NCBI GenBank assembly: GCA_964199315.1
Contig: OZ116702.1
Span: 1,240,001-1,304,000, forward strand
Direction of reading: 5' to 3'
Length of the DNA: 64,000 nucleotides
DNA from: Orbicella franksi
Taxonomy: Eukaryota
In this document: positions 1-15,200 of the stretch, one piece after another
Position numbering within the stretch: position 1 is the stretch's first letter
How the letters are laid out: the number at the start of each line of letters is the position of its first letter
Program-made: the position numbers and the translations under genes
The notes under the pieces: generated by a model
What the model was told of the DNA's origin: nothing
Seen by the model: the letters and a program-made list of their open reading frames with translations, nothing else
Database searches by the model: none

Positions 1-203
1 AGAAAAAAAAAAAATGCTCGCGAATTTGTGTGCATGGCAACTACTTTTCCTAGTCAGGATGTTATTTTATTTTGTAAACGATACAATGGTTTTCGCCTGT
101 ATTTTTCAGTTCTTTATAATCTGAAACAAGTTTAAATTTCTTAACTAGGCTAAGCTAAAAACCGACAATAAAAAAAGAATAGACCCAGTCTTCCTGGCAT
201 CTG

Positions 204-3200
204 TTATCGAGCTTTGGAGCGTTCCATATCTTCAATAATGGCCAATAGTTTCTGTTTTCCTTTTTTGGTCACGTGAGAACCCACACCACACATGACCAAA
301 CTTGTAAGCTGCTTTGCAGTATATTCCTGAAAACCAAACACAAACCTCCAGATATTTTGCTACACAAGGGTAACTCGAACTGTTAAATGTTCAGCATTTT
401 ACGAGGATGAGGCAAAGATAAAAAATCTCGTCAGGGTCGACAGGGATTTTTTTTTTCTTCGTCCCATGTTTACGACATGCTGAACACTTGATCTTTAACA
501 ATTTTTCGCCTGATTCAAGGACTTTCGCACCCAAATGTTCCCACGTACAATTTTTTAAAAACTTCCTTGAGGCAGAATAAGCCTTGATAAAGAATAAATA
601 GTATTCTTGCCTGTCCACATTCGAAAATATTTTCAGTCGCACGAGAGTAAGTCAAATATCTTTTAACATCTAACGTACAGATTGTTTCTGTTGTGTTTTT
701 TTTTTTTTTTTTTTTTTTTTTGAAAAAAACAACAGAAACAAAATGGAGACATTCGATAAAGGAAGCGATTTATGAAAGGCCGACCATTTAAGAACGCGAA
801 CTCTAGGTGAAGTTAACAAAACCTGTGCTAAATCCTATACTTGCTTATCTTTCTTCCTTAGCGCGCGCTTGATGTATGACTTGGCGTGACGTTGTGACAT
901 GAACTACGTGCAGAGTGAGGATGCACAGAAACAATGGGCGCGAACGTCCTTAAAATCTATTTGGAGTTATTATTATTTAACTTTCATACACTGTACGAAT
1001 TCCGATTTTCTGATTGGCTGATTTGTACCACGTGATACTGGGTTGTGACGAGACAACCACCTTGACGTCATTATCGTGGTGTAATAGCCCGTGGTGTAAA
1101 TTCAACACACCACTGTCCTTACACCATGGCTTCGGCTGACTCAAATATAGTGGTTTCAATGCAGTGTTTCTTTGTGCAGTGTATTCGATTTGAATAATAC
1201 AAATGTTAACGCACTCATTGCTCGTGAATTATCGAGATTTACCTGTATTCGTTCACTGACAATGAACTAGAAACTTTCAATACAGCACTCGGCAAAGCCT
1301 CGTGCGGTATTGAAATTTCTCGTTCATTGTTAGTGAACTCGTGCAGGTACATCCCGATAAGTCACTCGCTGAGTGCTTTAACCTGTAAATATGTGAGAGA
1401 AATGTTCCTCTATAAATAATGGCAGCAAAAGGTTGTCTTCATGCTTTAAAAAATTCTTGTGTACTTCGTACAAAGTTTTAGCAAGACATACATGTTCAAA
1501 CGTTGTCACCAAAAAATACAGTATCTTCTGAATGAACTCAAAATGAAAGTAAACATCATGCATGTACCGCATAGTAAACAATCAAACTTTAGAACATCAC
1601 CTTGTGTTCTCGGATCCATCTTTCCATTTCATTTTCTGTCAAATAAAAAGCCTTTACATACGTTTCCACAAACTCTCTGTCGGGAATAGGTCTATATAAA
1701 GGACGACAATAAATCACATGAGTCTTATGAAAGAAATCGAGTGTGCAACATGTGCTATCGTGTGCAATTTCTTTCACTGTTTTTTTTTTTTTCCCTCGAA
1801 TTTGACAGGGTTAACTCCCAACTAACTGACCACACAATACCAGTAAGAAGGAGGAGGAAGAGAATACAGTTAAAACTTTTTCGCCTCGATATTGCTATCT
1901 AGAAGTGCTAGCACTAGGCACCAAGAGCCCTAAATGCACTTACCGAATATCTGTGAGTTTCTCCAGCTTCATGAGGTATTGTTGAAAGTCAAGCTGCATC
2001 AATGCTCGTCCCTCGTTGCTACATTTCTTTGCACTTGCAAACCTTGAATATAAAACGTAGCTGTTAAAACACAAGCACAAAGGAAGCTATTCCGGTCAAC
2101 ACGTCATGAAAGCACAGGAAGGTGGTTGGTTGCATAGTTTTTGATCATTTGTCCAAGTAAGATACTCACCCCTCCACAAAGGTTCTGTTAATAAGTCGAA
2201 TGCAGTGGTCCCATAGCACTGCTCGAGTCTCCTGTGGAACTGGTATTTGTCTGCACGGGATGGAGAAATCACCTTCCTTATTACATATTATTATACTATC
2301 AACATTAAAGGAACTCTATCAATACACTTTTGAACGTAAACTTTCTTCTGAATCAAATCATAAAGGCCTGAGAATAATTATAGTTTTGGTAGTCAGAAAA
2401 ACACACAACAGTCAAACTAATGTGTTGGATAACGAACGAAGAACTTGACAAGATCACTGCAGTTGCGCGTTGCTAATTATTCCCAGAGTCACCCCTCCTT
2501 GTTTCTGTCCTGAAGTAAGTTAACTGTTAGTCTGAAGAGCCAGTTTTCTTTTAAACACCATTTTTTCAAGACTCCTTGTTTGGTCACATGGATTAGAACT
2601 TTTTTCGGTCTAGTATAATTTATCACTTCTACTCAGCTTCTACTTCGTCAAGAAATAATAGCAAAAGGCCTATGTTTTTTGTTACTTTCGGACATAAGCT
2701 GCTGACAAAGTGCAAGTGTACATTACATAATCAAATAATCAAACTTGCGAAACTCACTTTGCTAACTGGGTCAATCTCATACTAAAAACTTGTAATTCCT
2801 GGATTAAAAAAGAAAAGTCGCCAATGAAAACATCATGCATTTACTTTTACATAGTAACAACCAAATATTGGCAAATACGCCCTGTGATTAGCAATTGATA
2901 AACACGCTGCAAAGCGCGCTCAGTTTTCGTCTACCTGTATGTTCATCCGGTGGTAAATATCGTAAAGACTTACACTGCTCCTTCTCAGTTAACCTCGATT
3001 GGCATAGTGGTTCCAGTCTTCAATCCAAAATAGAAATCTCAAGCTCGCAAAAGCCAATCATTAAGAGAAACTGAGTATCAAAAACATTAAAGTTGCACTC
3101 AGGCTTAAGTCATCCACATTGCCGCTACTCCAATGCAAGTCAATGCCAGGTTCTCCCCAGCATTTTACCACCTTGCACTCACAATTCGCCGCTACCCATA

Positions 3201-6200
3201 TACGTTTCAGGAAGTGTAAGAATAAATGCTATTGTACACAGCACAGAAACCCTAGTCATCAGGGGCCCGCTTGTTCAAAACAGAGTTCACTTTGGATTAG
3301 AGCTAACAGACGTCTACAGGTAAAATTACGTTCCCCAAGGGTGGATTAGTGAGTCGATTAGGTAAACTCGGGTTAAGGGAGTTTAACTCCCTAACATACT
3401 CCTTGGTAGTTTTTAACGCTGTTATGTCTTCCTCTTGAAGTCAAATTACCACGCGTCAGCAAGCGGAACTTTGATGCACCAAAACATCATCACGATGTGA
3501 GTTGAATTGGACCCGCTGTTTTTCACAAGGTTAGCCGTAACTAGCTTTTAACAACAGAAGTAAATTTCGACCTCGATTTACTTCGATTAATTAGCCGTAA
3601 CCAAGCTTTTAACAACAGTAGTGACGTGCCGTTTAATTTTGACCCCGAGTTAATTCGATTTAACCTGAGGTTGGACTTAACCAGTCACAGAAGTACCACC
3701 GCATCACCGTATGCAAGTACTCCCTACTGGCCACAGTCCATTTCTTACAGCACCAGTTGAGAGAATATCATTATGTATCAACCCTTCAAAACCTGATGTC
3801 AACATACAATTTCTCTTAACAGGTCCCCATAGATTTCTTATAGAACTAGACATCGACTCTGAAAAGCCCCGTGAGGACGAGCCAATAGAGTATGTGTGTA
3901 TGTATGTAACTAGCTGGGAGAATTTAATGATTTATTATCCCTTTTAAACTGCGACGTCAACATACTAATATTCCCTACTGGTCCCACTGCATTTGTTATA
4001 GTACTTGTACGGAGAGATTGTTCATGACATCGAAACAATTTACCTATCTGATGAGCTGTACGCTTGATTTCGCGCTGATATTTCAAACGAAGAAATGAAA
4101 CGAAGATCTAACTTAACATCGATATGCGTAGAATACTATCCGGTAAGTTTACATAAAGTATTACCCGCACAAGAATGTCCACATAAGCGTTATGTTGTGA
4201 CATAATATCACGAATGTCCCATCGTACTCCAGTCATCAACTGAAGCGTCTGAAACGCAAAACAGCAATGTCTTTGTTTCTGATAATAAAATCTCAAATAT
4301 AAAATACAATAAAAGTACATTTAGATTTTGAACAGGAAAAAAACAGCCACAGGATAAAGAACCTTCTATTATAGAACAGTTAAACTCTGGAATTCACTGG
4401 ACTATACTCTTAAGTTGAAACCGACACTAACGGACTTCAAACGTTGCCTGAAGAGGAGTTTAATTTCAAAATGTTTCGAGATTGTTAATTAGTTGCTTAT
4501 TCATCAATTAATTGAATTGTACATAGTTTCTATCGTTATTCCGAAAAGCCCTTTTGGGACGAATAAAGTACGTGTGTATGTATTATACATATCGGTTGTT
4601 GATGACGAGACTGCAGGCTTGAGGTTTTCGAGTTATCCTCCCGCCTTTTCATGTTTATTTGTACAAAAGCAGAAAGCAAGAAAAAAGAAATTTCAGTTAA
4701 GGCATTCGTTATAACATGAAGCTGCCAAATAACCCAGGAAACTTGACATGAGGAATGGCAGGAGGCACAGTTCTCTTGTAGAAGCTGTTCAGTCTTAGCG
4801 TGGAGCCTACCTGATCATAGTCAATAACTCTTGAGGCCACACTTCTGTAGACTGGCCGCCGTAATTCCTGGGCAGTACTCACCGTCTGAAGTGGAATCAG
4901 TACAGGCTTTATTAGATTCTTTGTGTCAAGTCATCTTTCGAACTCTCAGTTGTGAAGATTGGACAAAAGATTGTAAGATGATTCTCTCTGAACCTACCTG
5001 AGAGTAGAACTGAGAAAGAAATGCTCGCTTGTTAGCAGGTATCATGGCCTCCAGGTGTGCATGGAGAGATTCAAACTGACCAGCTAGAAACACCCTGAAA
5101 TACAAATAGTAAACTGAACAACTCATCAATACACTACAATCAATTTATTAATGTCAATACACGGGATGAGGCTGCCCCCATGTCCAAGCCACAAGCTCAT
5201 AACTATTAAGCACTTGATAATTAACGAAAAGTTAAAAGGAAGTAGCTAATATGTATACATAGTTACTTATGGAGCAGCTATGAAACGCAGTACAATAAGA
5301 GCTCCAGAACTTTTACCAAACAATAAAAAGAAAACAAGAATTTCAACTCACAACGATTCCGTAGCAATGATTCTCTCAGACAAACCAAACATGGTATCAA
5401 CTCGAGTTAAGTCCACAAGAGGTGACAGATAAGGATGCAAAACCTAATAAAATGGAAAGAGACTTAAGTGGAGTCCTTCCCACGACACACCAACAAAATT
5501 CACATAAACTGCCATAAAACAATGCAATGAAAACCTTCATGTCATTTCCGCCAGTCATCAGTTCAGGTGGCTGTTCCTGTAAAAAAAAATATATAAACTG
5601 AATCAGAAAGCAACGCTTATGAGACAACATGCCTTAAAAGACGTCAGACACATTCATAATAACACCGTGGATGACAGCTAACGCCAAGCAAATCAGTCAC
5701 AAAACATACGTCACTAACAAGTTCCAACAAAGTGGCTTCCGCATGCACTTCTAGCGACACAGAAAAAGGCTTCAACACTCACTTGAAAGACTTACTCATT
5801 CAAGTTATTGAATACCCGACTCGAATGTACAGGACTCTTTTATCAGGTAGCGAAGATTATTGGACCGATCACATCACATCTTGAACAACGGAGATTTTCC
5901 AAGCAAAACCAAACTACCACTGAGGAGGGTTTTTTTTCGCATAGTGTGATCGTCCGGGTGAGGATAGTTCTGAAGTTCTGTTCCAATAGTTGTTAGTAAC
6001 TGATATTTCGACAATCCTGGCGGAAGTCATCTTCAGAGTCAAGGCCTGATAAAAACAGCCATGACGCCATAATGGTTTTTTAACCAGCTTCCTAGAACTG
6101 TGCATATCGTGCAGTATTGTCGAGCATTTTCAGCGCGGCAACATTGGACATTGCAAATTTCCAATAAGAAAACACCTCATTTTCCAAAGGAGACAAGGAC

Positions 6201-9200
6201 ACAAATATGGCTAACTTGACGCCATATCTACGCTTTTGTGAAAAATAAACGGATTGCATCATTCAAAGGCAAGCAAAGAGAATAGCAATTGACAACAATT
6301 TGATGAAATCTAAACCAAACCCTAAGATAATACGATGCAAACTTTCATCTCAGGCAGAGGGCAGAGGTGCTATAGTAAAACGTCAGAAGAATCCCACCAA
6401 TCAGAAGTATCAACTAAACGTTTTGTGACACTTACGTGATGAATAAGATTATCTGAGATTCTCTTCAAACTTGTCCTCAATTTTATACTCAAACCATGGG
6501 CACTACCGTCAACCTGATATAAATCAAATTTAAGATTTCAAATCAATTACTTGATATAGTAAACAACTAAAGGAATATTTTATATTTTATACTCTTGATC
6601 AACAACGAAGTGAATAAATTAATGCGAAGATTTGATTTTGATAGCATACAGTCTCTAAAATTTAGCATAATAAGAAAGGCTCACAAGTTCTTCAAGTGAA
6701 TTCCTTTGCGCGAATCGAGTCCGTATGCACGTTTAGAGATGGTTAAAGTTTTCGCATAAAAAGCACCCTTTAACTAGGCAATCAAATTTGATCGAGCATT
6801 TAGCAAGCACCTGAAATTGTTCTGAAAAACAAGTAGGTACTTTCGAAAGAAATCTTCCATTAAATTGCTCGAGCACACGGCGACATGTAGACAAACTAGT
6901 GTTTGGCATGTAGGGAAAATGCGTGTACCTGACAGTGTACGATAGCTCAGCCAATCGGATTGCAGCATTTGCATTAGTTTCCAAGTAGAATTGTACTAAT
7001 AATCGATAGTTATTGATTAATCGGTATGCGTCTAAATCATACACTACAAGCAGCAGTCTTACCATAACTTCAGGGGCAAAAAATGATGCAACCTGTGAAA
7101 TACGTTAAATGCAAAGTAGAATAAATAACCTAAATGCAACATGAAAGCATAAAGATCGACATGACATTGGCCCATCATATGGCTGGCCTCCCGTAAGCAG
7201 CTGAACACTTGCGGACTAGCCGAAAGACAACTGACTGCACGGAGCTTCGCTCACACACAATTTCACCCTACTTTCTTCCTTGGGAAACCCCGATGTTTTA
7301 ATTTTAAACTCTGAAATTTGTATTATTAGTTTTTTCGGGAGTGTGCAAATTAAGACTGCAAAACTGCATATCACTTGTCTCTTACTGACAATCCGAGAAC
7401 GAATTAGGAGTAACATTACATCACACACACAAAAAATTAAAATCAGTAAAAACAGGCTGAAGTGAATAACGTTACTTTGTATTTTCCTTAAGTCATTTGG
7501 AAGTTGTCTGAGTGTAATCTTTATTCCTAATAATATCCGGTACAGATCTTATTCATAGCAGATAAACGTAATACTCACGGCAAACAAATAATAATCAAAC
7601 AACTGAGACATGCAGATTACTACATCAAAGGCAATAGGCTTCAACACATTCATCATTTGCATGTATTTACCTACAACAAACAATTAACAACAGCAAAAAT
7701 ACATATCAGGTACTTTATGTAATACAATATAATATTATAAAAGTGATGATCGAGCCACTGATGCACAATAAATTGACAGCTTCCATTTGAATTGTCAAGT
7801 TGAAATTATTTTTACGGCAGTTTCTCAATTTAAGCTTGTATTTTAGAAATCGAGAGCAACACTATATCTTAACGGAGGACGCCCTTACGCTGAACTACGC
7901 CGAGTTGCTGTGTAGATAGCACGCATTAACACAAAAATGCAAGATGTCTGTCATAAATTAGGACGGCGGATAGAATTCTAACGCTCAGACTTCAGGCGTG
8001 TGTCGGCCGGAGATGACGTAGATGAAGTCCGTGGAAAACAATTGAAATGTAACCAAATACACAACACACTTTGGTAAGGCCAGATGTGTTACACTCATCC
8101 AAATAATTTATTTTCCATGTAGACAATAAGGAAAGGCTCACTCTTGTTATGTCTAACTATGACTGTTTTGCACATAGAGGATTAGTCTTATCTACACCTT
8201 TCTTCACACCTCTTTCACAATTAGGCAAGTTACTTAAACTGCATAGTCAAATGATTGGGTCAACAGTAAACTCACCGAACACTCTCAGGACATTGAGAGT
8301 CGTGTTGGTTATACAAGGAACTTTAGACAGGAATTTCTGATGTTTCCTGCTATGAACTGATGTTTCTGTCCTAAGAATAAATTATAACAGACTGTTAATT
8401 TAAATATAAACAAGGCTCCAACATTAATTTAACATCACTGTTTGGAACTTATCCATTCTTGCAGCCCTGGTTATTTTAACAATTGTAAGCGCATTGCATT
8501 CTTATTACTGTACATATCTAACAAACATGGACATGTGAATTGACGGATATAACTATGCTGCCAAAATCATTCTGTCTTTTATTCTTGCTGCCTTTCCTGC
8601 ATGTCGTTTCTCTCAAAAACCTTAAACAGACAACCAAGTACACCAAACCTGCTTAAAGGTATTTCACCAGTCTTTTCATCCACGTAATCTAATTTGAGCT
8701 CTTCTGTAAACAACAAAAAGGATAAAATAAATGATCTTGAATACTGCACACTGCGAATAACACGATGAAATCTTTCACCTGGAATGTCTTCATCTTCATC
8801 GTCTTCTTCCTCATCGTCTTGACTAAGTCCTCTTGATCTTTTATCATTTTCATTCACGTCCCCGTCTGCTATTTCCTTTTAAAACAGAAAGAATACCTCC
8901 ATTAACAGTTGCGTAAGCTTTCTAGCCTGGGATTAAAAGTTAACCAAGGCATTATTTTCTATTTTGACACATGTTAAAAATTAACTAACAATTTGGACCA
9001 ATTGCATGAGAAAAAATATTTGATTTGGTGCAAAGGTGAACCATGGATTGCAAAAATGGAATGATGTTAAGCAAGCTTTAAAGGCATGTTTTCTACTCTT
9101 TTCTAAACTAGATTGCGTATCTACATTTCGATTTTCAGTTTTACCCTGTTCACCAGCACTGCCACCCTTGCCACAACCCGCCAGGTAGAATGTGGATGTA

Positions 9201-12200
9201 GATGATTGTTAATAACTTGAACTAAATTTTGAAACTGACGCTAATCTTGCTTTGAAAAACTGGAAAAGACCAGACACTTAACTTTACAGGACTATAAAAA
9301 AAATAATAAATAATGCTGAACTTGACTGTCAAATGGAAAATTGAACTCCAATCTGTGACTGAAAAAGGTCAACAAACAGACAAACAAACAACAAACATTT
9401 CCCCAACAATGACATAACCAGAAGGAAACGCATGCAGTAGGACTCACTCCATTCTCTGCTAAGACATCCTCAGCTTCATCTTCGACATACACATAATCAA
9501 AAGGATTGCCATGACTAGAGTACCGCGAGAAGAAACCTGTTCATAAGAGATCTTAAATCAGCACTGAAAATATCCTATTACTCTCAACTGAAAAGACTGA
9601 ATTTATTATGCCATTACTGCCATTATTGTTCCATGAATACACTGAAAAGCACAACTTTTTAACCTTTGTCCTGGAGTAAAAGGACAGCAGGAGATTCCCA
9701 CAAATGTTAAAAATAGACATGTGAGGGAGCTCATCACAACATGTAAGTATAAAGCTGAACAATCATTACAGTATTGAACCAGCTTTCCACCCCCCCCCCC
9801 CCCCCACAAAATGTTCACACTGAATTGCACAGTTGTCTTTACTGACTTGAGGTTTGAGAGGGATTGCCTGATTGGTTAAAATCAAGAACTGCAACCTTGC
9901 TGATTGACTAAAGATTGACTTTGTTTATGGCAACTGACCACAGTGTGTGTAACATATCAAGCTGGACATAGCAAGTACAAGTACTCCAAGGATTACACAC
10001 CTGTATCCGTGGTAACATGGACTGTTCCAGAAGGGGTTCTTTTGTGAGTTTTGAGAAGAGGTTGTTGATGTTTCATAAAACGGAATTCCTGCAATAAATG
10101 CTCCAGTGATCAGATGTGTGTGTATAAATGCTCTAGTGATAAAATATAATGCTCTAGTAATCAGATGTACGTATGTACTGTATGCATGTCTGTCTGATAC
10201 AACTACTGCAGTCAATAAAATACCAGCTGCAGGGTACACTGTTTTTTCAATACACTATTTATGTCAAGTATCTGTTCCATGTATGTATGTGTCAACATCA
10301 GCTTGGAAATCCTCCACTCCTGACTCCTAATAAATAGTTGTGCCTGCAGTTCTTGTTGACTTACTACACACCAAGATTCGTTCTGCATAATGGGATCGGA
10401 ACCTTGGTAGTTACAGGTCATTATACATGTCCGTCACTGTGCCCAGATGTTAGAAATGACTGGGTTTCACAAAGATGGTTCATTACATGTTACCAAAATT
10501 TGGATGTACACATACATTTATCATGGATATTAGATAGTCACTTATCCACTAGAACTAACTCAGAATTGTACTCAAGAATGAAATGGAAGCTTTTTACTAC
10601 ATATATGTATTAAATTTTCTTAAGTGAAAATGAGTATAGAAAATAGCAAATAAAGGATGATTAATATTTTACATGCATGTGACACACAGCTCTCAGGTCT
10701 GCACAAAATGTGGACTAGCGAGTCACGTGAGCCACTCCAGTTAGCCTAAATATTACATTCTGTAAAGCCTGGATAGCACCTGGTTAGCCTAAATAGCCCC
10801 TAACCCTTCATAAATTTTGTTGGTTTGTGGTTAGCCTTAGAGACAGCAGGGATCACTTGCTTCCATGGCTTGTATGGCTCACTTCCTGGTTAGCCTAAAT
10901 AACACTCCTATTAGCCTAACTAGAACTCTGGTTAGACTAAAGAGCACTCTGCTAAGCCTAAGCTAGCTTAAATTGCTTGTGGTTAGCCTTTAACAGGAGG
11001 GGGGGGAGGTAGGGATCCTGACTCACATGGCTTGTATGGCTCACTTGTTGGTTAGCTTCAATAACATTCCTATTAGCCTAACTACAGTAGAACTCTGGTT
11101 AGACTAAAGAGCACTCTGCTTAACCTAAGCTAGCTTGATTTGCTTGTGGTTAGCCCTTTTGAAAGGTTAGGGATCCTGGTTCACATGGCTCACACGCTTG
11201 ACTCACTGGCTTGCAATTTGTCTATGCTCCAGCTCTCCATATCTATACAGCTTAATCACATTATGCGAGCAGAGCTTGAAAATAGTGCCATCTGGGAATC
11301 CACAAAATGTAGCTTGTCCTGGCGGGCAAGTAACTTCTCATTCTCACTTGCGTGATGGGCAGAGGCTCAGACAAGTCATCTGCCAACTAAATTAAAAAAA
11401 GACCAAACTAAGACTTGCTTGTCCAAAGGGCAAGTTGGAATTCAAGTTTTTTCAAGCCCTGTACACACAGTGTGGTATCAGCTTTATTTATTTACCGAAA
11501 GATCAATGATTTTGAATGACGCCTTAACAGGACATAACTCCCAAGCATCATTTTCCAGGAACATGCGTAGCTCATCCATCCTTGACCTGTGGTATGTCTT
11601 AAAGTACTTCACAGTCTGTGTTCGGATGGAATCGTGGAGATCTTCTGATGTACTGCCACAAAATTCTTCACCAACAGCAATCAATCTGGGAAAAGGACAA
11701 TGAAACATGTGGCTGTGTTGTGTATTCTTTGCACTTCCATACATAAGTAAATAACTGTCTGTTATATTCATTGTACACTATTACACTCTTTCTAACAAAC
11801 ACCAGCGTACTAAATTTTAAATGGTGGAAAGAAAAAACATGTATTACCTGTTCACAAGATCCAAGACGTAAATGAAGTCATCATATTTAAAATAAGACAG
11901 ATCATGTGCAAGAATGTGTGTTTTTATTCTCTCTTGGACTTCCTAGACGTAACCATTGACAGAAATCATCATTTAAAATGTCTTAATATTACAACTTGTT
12001 CACTGTTTCATTTAATTGAACAACACAAATTTGGTATTATACACCATATATAGATAAAATATAAATGATATTACACGGCCGCAACAAGATATGATTCTAT
12101 GTTCAAGATACGACAACAATAATTCATCAGTGAGCACAGTGACCAAGTGAGATTATATTTTTATTTATTTTTTGGATTTGCCACACAAACAAAAATAAAT

Positions 12201-15200
12201 ATTGTGGTTGCATGGGTTAGTAGCGAGATATTGTGGGTGCATGTAGAATTACATCATATTCCAAATATCTGTTTTATGGGGATCTTAAATATGCATTTAG
12301 GCAGTGTAATGGGGCAGGAAAAAACCCAGGTCCATTAATTCCCTGGGCAAGTAAATTTTGCTCTTGGGCAAATGAAAATAGAAGTTCAGAGGCCCAGTGG
12401 GCAAGTGAAATTAGCCTCAGTAGTCTTGTGAGTGTGAATGAAAACGTCAGCTTGATGAATGATAATTTACAGTCAGAAGCTATTTGAATGCAAGATTAGT
12501 TATCCACTGAGTTGAAAGCATGGATTAGTTAGGAATCCAAGCATACTTTGCTCCCATTTGTCCTCTGATTGCCATACTGGCTGCCACATTGGCAAGTGAT
12601 ATTTTAGTGGGGGCAAGTGAAAACTGAAATTTACTAGTCCACTGGGCAAGTGGAGTTGAATTTTTTTTCCTGCCATGTGTAATAACAATTATACAGTATT
12701 TTAAAAAATATTTGCCTTGGAGTGATAAAAAGAACTTGCACAGGACTGGGAATATTTTTCCCTGTCAGTGTGTGTCAAAGGACTCAATGCTCTTGTCCAT
12801 GCATATTTGGCCTTCTCATTAGGACAAATACAAGTAACAGTTCAAGACACTGGCAGCTAATGACTAATGTAACAACTCTTGCCGCAAACAAGGCTGCAAT
12901 GCTTGAATCAATTGATTACATGTAATCTTCAACAGGCACTGAACAATAAGGAATCGATTACCTTCCATATCCTATTGAGTCCATGTTCTAGTTTTTGCTG
13001 AATGTAATTTTTGTTGTACGTGGCCTCAGCAGAAGGCTCATCCTGTTCAGCCTCACTTACATGCATAGCAGGGTCATACTGCTCATGCCATTTGATTATG
13101 TGGTGATAGTTTAACATGAGAGACCACAGCACCTGAAATATAAGAGTATCAACATATAGCTAGGGGACAACAGCATCTGTGAATATTTATTTTATCTCAA
13201 CAGGATTCACCTTACATACAGTAGCTGCACCTGCAATATGAATGGCAGTCAAAACTGAGCTGTCCAAAATGACACAACAATAGTCTTTTTCTTCTCAGTA
13301 AACGAATATAGAGACAATGCTAATGTCGACTTGGTCTCTTCTGATACTTAACTCTAGAATTCTGGGTTTAATTTGATGAGTAACAGCATTATTTTGTTCA
13401 AAATAAGGTAACTACAGTATTTTCCCACTTGGTGACACTTGACGAGTAGCAAGGGAGTTGACAGATGCTAGCAACCCATTTTTTGTGTCATACTAAAAGC
13501 TTGGAGACATGACATGTTTCTTGTTTTCACTTCTTACAATCTGATATGGTTTTTGGCAGTATAAATCTCTTTTCATGAATATTAAATGCAATCTCCATTG
13601 ACTGACTTCATGCCTTTTGCTTTAACATGGTTTACCCTTTTAGTTCACCTACGTAGGAGAGCTCTTCATTTTTCAAAACTAATTTATAATATCATACATG
13701 TAAGATATATACATGTTGTAAACAGGATAGGATGATAAGCGCAGGAACAGTTGTACTTGTGTAATAACACCACTTGTCATACCTTGCAGAGATCCAATAA
13801 ACAAGGGGTAAAATGGTCCAATCCAACTTTCTGAAATACAATTATACAAATAATTCAATATTTTCAATTACAGCAGCAAACACGAGGGAGACGTATGACT
13901 TAAAAAGCTGCACATATACCTTGCACTGCTCTTCAAAATGAAGATGCTGAAAGCCATCTTCAGACACAGCTTCTGTGGAATATTCCTTAAGAACATACAA
14001 AAAATAGTTAAATTAAGGGGACAAACTGATCAGAAAGCAACAAATATTGTTACATCTGCACACTTTACTAACATTAATATAGTATCAAAAAGAATATTTT
14101 AAGAAAACATTTTGTTCTTAGTAGACAGATATAAGTATTGTGCAAAATATATACAAAATATTAAACAACATTATTATATACTAGACTTCAGTGTTTTGCT
14201 GGAAAATACACCACTCATAAAATTCACACAAAACTACATCTGGAACACCTGAGTGGCATATTTTCAATATCCTCACTGATGACAATGTTGATGTCATCAT
14301 TTCTCACTTTTTCACAGTGGTTTGTACAAACAGTCAATTTCTTTGATATAATAACAAGAAAATTACATGGCGCCTTGAAGATATGAATTTTTTTCTCATG
14401 TTAAAATCAATATTATAATAATATCTTTTTTACTACCAAAAAAATAAAATTTGTATCTTCGTACCAAGGTGTAATATCCTCAGTGTATATATTGAAATAT
14501 TACATTCAAATGGAAATAATAATTATTACAAAGCATTACAGCAAACTAGTCTAACTTACAATATTAATAGCTTGCTCTTAAGAAAGTATAAATCATAAAC
14601 TTTGTTTTATGCACTTTTTAGCAAATGCAATCTTCAATTAGAAGAATACAGTAACATGGGTGGAGACCACATACACTGTAGAAAAGAAAATAGGAAAAAA
14701 CTTTACAAGTACTTCAACAGAGAAATCTGCTAACGTAACAAAATGCCTCAGACCTAAAAAAGAGATTATTATTCTCAATAATTTACATACCCCATTATGA
14801 TCCAATAAAACAGAAAAGGATTCATGATTAATAGCAGTCATAAAATGAATGATCAGCTGGTCCATAGCAATCTGTGTCTTCCCAAGGTATCGATAAGCAG
14901 TCAGTAGACGTTCGTAATTTACAGGAGTGAAGGTTTTGCACATCTTTCCCAAGGCCACATCAAGTTGTTTCTGTGTATGGACAGTACAAGTATAATATTA
15001 AACTGTTACACACAACTACATATAGGTTTAATAGATTCAACTGCAGAAATCATAAACTGCCAGCTCACCTCAATGTCTATAAGAGTCTCTTGGAGATTGG
15101 AACTCAGTTCACTGAAAATTACATAAGATACATGTACTCAAAACAATTTTTTTAACCACAAAATGTTCCATTGGAGATGGGTGGACTTCAATACAGTGCA

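Noticed and set aside
391-642. 83-aa Cys-containing ORF (..KCSACRK..) in the last VPS50 intron
   Set aside because: Non-ATG start, no complete zinc-finger pattern, and it overlaps a SINE-like repeat fragment (TTTTTTCTTCGTCCCATG..GACATGCTGAAC).
8704-8778. In-frame stop-free 75-bp VPS50 intron
   Set aside because: Only 25 codons, so it is easily explained by chance.
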